Shown here piece by piece: positions 61,976 through 64,000 of a stretch of DNA of 64,000 nt. The stretch covers positions 35,556 through 99,555 of the forward strand of contig CAYGPJ010000014.1 in the NCBI GenBank assembly GCA_964351865.1. Reading direction: 5' to 3'. The translations under genes were made by a program, and so were the position numbers. The stretch is from an uncultured Blastochloridaceae bacterium. Its GTDB lineage: Bacteria > Verrucomicrobiota > Verrucomicrobiia > Methylacidiphilales > JBCBYL01. Positions within the stretch are counted from its first letter, which is position 1. Each line of letters starts with the position of its first letter. The notes below the pieces were generated by a model, which made no database searches, was not told where the DNA came from, and saw only the letters and a program-made list of their open reading frames with translations.

Positions 61976-63655
61976 ATGAAGAAGGTTGACTCCTCAGTTC
62001 CCGCTTGGACGCAAGAAATTGCGACCTTGTATGAGAGCGGGGCATACAATCAGTTTATCCTGCACGGTAACCTGAATGATTCTTTCCTGGTCTCCGATCC
62101 GGGCGGGCAGAAACTTGGCGACATCTATTCGCTGATCAATCGCCAATTACTCAGCGGATTCGATGTCGTTCTGACTTACGATTTGGGGCGTGGCATATTA
62201 GCTGAGAAAGGTCGCGAAGCTTTTTCTCAATGGCCTTCACACGACGCAGAAAATTTGCAGACACGTAAACCCAGGGACGCCGTGGTCACCCTGACCCATT
62301 ACTTCCGGTATGTCGCCAATCTGAGAAATATCAGCGGATCATCCAAAGCGCCCAAAGTTGCCGCATTGATCAAAGGAGCCGAGTGGATGGCTCCCGCGGT
62401 CCAGAGCGGACTCAATTACGAACTCAATGCGACCGCATTGATGATGAAGGAATGGAGTCAGGACCCGTTACTGCTTTCGCATCATCTCGCCACGTTTCTG
62501 TTTTCGGAAAACATGAATGATTTGCACCCCTTACTGGCTAATAATCCGCGGGCGGCACGGGTTAAGGTTGATCTGCCGGATGCCGCACAGTGGAAGCGCT
62601 TTTTCTCTTTCGCGGCCGCATCATTTAAGGAAACCCTGCCCGAGACGGACGGAACAAGTTGGCAAGGCAGCGATCAATTTCTAGGGGCCAGCTGTCATGC
62701 GGTCTGGCAGTTATTGCAGCGACGGGCTTATGAAAAAGAACCGCTGAAAATTAGTGATGCCGTCAGCCTGAAAAAATCACTGGTAGAAAAAGAGTGCCAG
62801 GGGTTGATTGAATTTACCGAGTCGGATCGGACACTCGATGATATTGCGGGCCAGGAGGCGATTAAAAATCTGCTGCGACAGGATATCGCCTTGTTGCATC
62901 AGGGGGACACCAAGGCATTGCCGATGGGGTATTTGCTGTGCGGTCCGGTGGGAACCGGAAAAACGTATTTCGTGGAATGTCTGGCTGGTGAGGCCGGCAT
63001 TCCGGTGGTGACTATTAAAAATTTCCGCGATAAGTGGGTGGGGTCGAGTGAAGGGAATCTCGAGAAAATTTTCCGCCTGCTGCATGCGCTGGAACGCTGT
63101 TTTGTCTTCATCGATGAGGCCGACCAATCCCTTGGGAAACGCGACAGTGGTAGCAGCGATTCCGGATTGTCCGGTCGAATCTATTCCATGTTCGCCAAAG
63201 AGATGAGTCAGGTGCGAAATCGCGGTAAAATCATTTGGCTGTTGGCTTCGAGCCGGCCGGACCTGATTGAGGTGGATCTGAAGCGCCCGGGTCGGGTAGA
63301 TGTGAAAATACCGTTATTGCCCGCGCATACCCCCGCGGGAGTGGCTGGATTATTATATGCGCTTTGCCGTAAACAGGGGATCGAGCTGTCCGAAGCACAG
63401 ATCCTGGAGCATCAGGAAATCTTGCCGGAGTGGCTGACGCCAGGCAGTGCAGAAGCTTTAGCCGTCAAACTCTATCGGAACATTAAAGCCGACGGGTTAA
63501 ATCCGTTGGAAGCCTTATCCTCTGCTTTAAATGGTTACCAGAACCCGGTGCCGCGCGATGTGATGGAGTTTCAGATCGATCTCGCCGTCAGGGAATCGTC
63601 GGACATGAGTTTCGTGCCCGAGGCCTTTCAAAAGCCGCAAAGTCAGAGCGTTTAA
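61976..63655 (+). CDS. Classic-clade AAA+ ATPase (FtsH/Vps4/CDC48-type single AAA cassette) with novel about 300-aa N-terminal domain
   Basis: Walker A 'CGPVGTGKT', Walker B 'VFIDEAD', SRH 'SSRPDLIEVDLKRPGRVD'. Confidence 0.85.
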   Translation: MKKVDSSVPAWTQEIATLYESGAYNQFILHGNLNDSFLVSDPGGQKLGDIYSLINRQLLSGFDVVLTYDLGRGILAEKGREAFSQWPSHDAENLQTRKPRDAVVTLTHYFRYVANLRNISGSSKAPKVAALIKGAEWMAPAVQSGLNYELNATALMMKEWSQDPLLLSHHLATFLFSENMNDLHPLLANNPRAARVKVDLPDAAQWKRFFSFAAASFKETLPETDGTSWQGSDQFLGASCHAVWQLLQRRAYEKEPLKISDAVSLKKSLVEKECQGLIEFTESDRTLDDIAGQEAIKNLLRQDIALLHQGDTKALPMGYLLCGPVGTGKTYFVECLAGEAGIPVVTIKNFRDKWVGSSEGNLEKIFRLLHALERCFVFIDEADQSLGKRDSGSSDSGLSGRIYSMFAKEMSQVRNRGKIIWLLASSRPDLIEVDLKRPGRVDVKIPLLPAHTPAGVAGLLYALCRKQGIELSEAQILEHQEILPEWLTPGSAEALAVKLYRNIKADGLNPLEALSSALNGYQNPVPRDVMEFQIDLAVRESSDMSFVPEAFQKPQSQSV

Positions 63656-63666
63656 TCGGGGACTCT

Positions 63667-63968
63667 AGGGCAAGATAGCATCTTGCCGGAATGATCATTG
63701 GCGAGATGCAAGCTTTAGGCTACGCCTAAACTAAACGAGTTAGAAATCATTGGTATTCTCCGCGCTATCGCGCTGGGTTTTCTCGCCCTACATGACCATC
63801 TCCTGTTGGCGAAACATGTTGAGCGAATCGTATGATAGCTGACGCATCCAATAGATGAAGCGCCGCAACTCCGAAAGGATTCGCGAGAGATCTCCGATAA
63901 AATCGCGAGTCTGCGAAATGCTGCATCGACTTACCAAAGCGCTGAACGCTAGGGGACGGAGTAATTTT
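63667..63968. repeat. Family C (63667-63794) and inverted family D (63850-63968) repeat elements
   Basis: 'ggcaagatagcatcttgcc…gcgagatgcaagctttaggctacgcctaaactaaacgagttagaaa…cgcgctatcgcgctgggttttctcgccctacat'; 'tccgataaaatcgcgagtctgcg…cgctgaacgctaggggacggagtaa' is the reverse complement of 21360-21440. Confidence 0.8.
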
Positions 63969-64000
63969 TTCCTACCATCCCGTTTTCAAAAGGCCAATAC

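Overview
This 64-kb window looks chromosomal and probably comes from a PVC-group bacterium, most likely Verrucomicrobiota. That lineage call is an inference from sequence content: a lipoprotein sulfatase with the C-x-P-S-R motif, a GH10 xylanase, a sialate O-acetylesterase-family esterase, a fasciclin protein and a prepilin-type 'GFTLIELLVV' protein. Roughly 50 credible protein genes are present, with no rRNA or tRNA gene and no CRISPR array. Confident housekeeping calls are ftsH, folP, tsaB, mnmA, recF, engB, cspA, two DEAD-box RNA helicases, a single-polypeptide pyruvate:ferredoxin oxidoreductase (PFOR) paired with a dihydroorotate-dehydrogenase-like flavoprotein, a SulP anion transporter, AlkD-like alkylation repair, RlmI-like methyltransferase and glutaminyl cyclase. 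A cyclic-nucleotide theme recurs: one class III adenylate cyclase, three cNMP-binding proteins (two tandem paralogs fused to DUF4388) and a metallophosphoesterase.

Two things stand out.

(1) A co-directional, tightly packed 8-gene array (49585-63655, about 14 kb) encodes: a PBP-like+vWA lipoprotein; an XpaC-like membrane protein; a second PBP-like membrane protein; a YqiJ/NfeD-like protein; a flotillin (SPFH); a 1,800-aa protein carrying a MoxR/AAA_5-type ATPase; a PspA/IM30 (ESCRT-III superfamily) protein; and a classic-clade (Vps4/FtsH-type) AAA ATPase. I propose it as a candidate membrane-remodelling or envelope-stress machine with an ESCRT-III/Vps4-like terminal gene pair. This is inference, not established.

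(2) Intergenic space is colonised by at least four families of hairpin-rich, non-coding mosaic repeats (MITE/REP-like) at seven loci. The window also holds a degenerate COG1943 (RayT/IS200-like) transposase pseudogene flanked by 25-bp tandem and inverted repeats, and an esterase-VapBC cassette bracketed by a separate 20-mer repeat.

Other observations: a 7-bp tandem duplication that frameshifts a gene; heptad 'TAAGGAT/TAAGGAG' direct repeats at two intergenic sites; and an AT-rich islet of two small genes.
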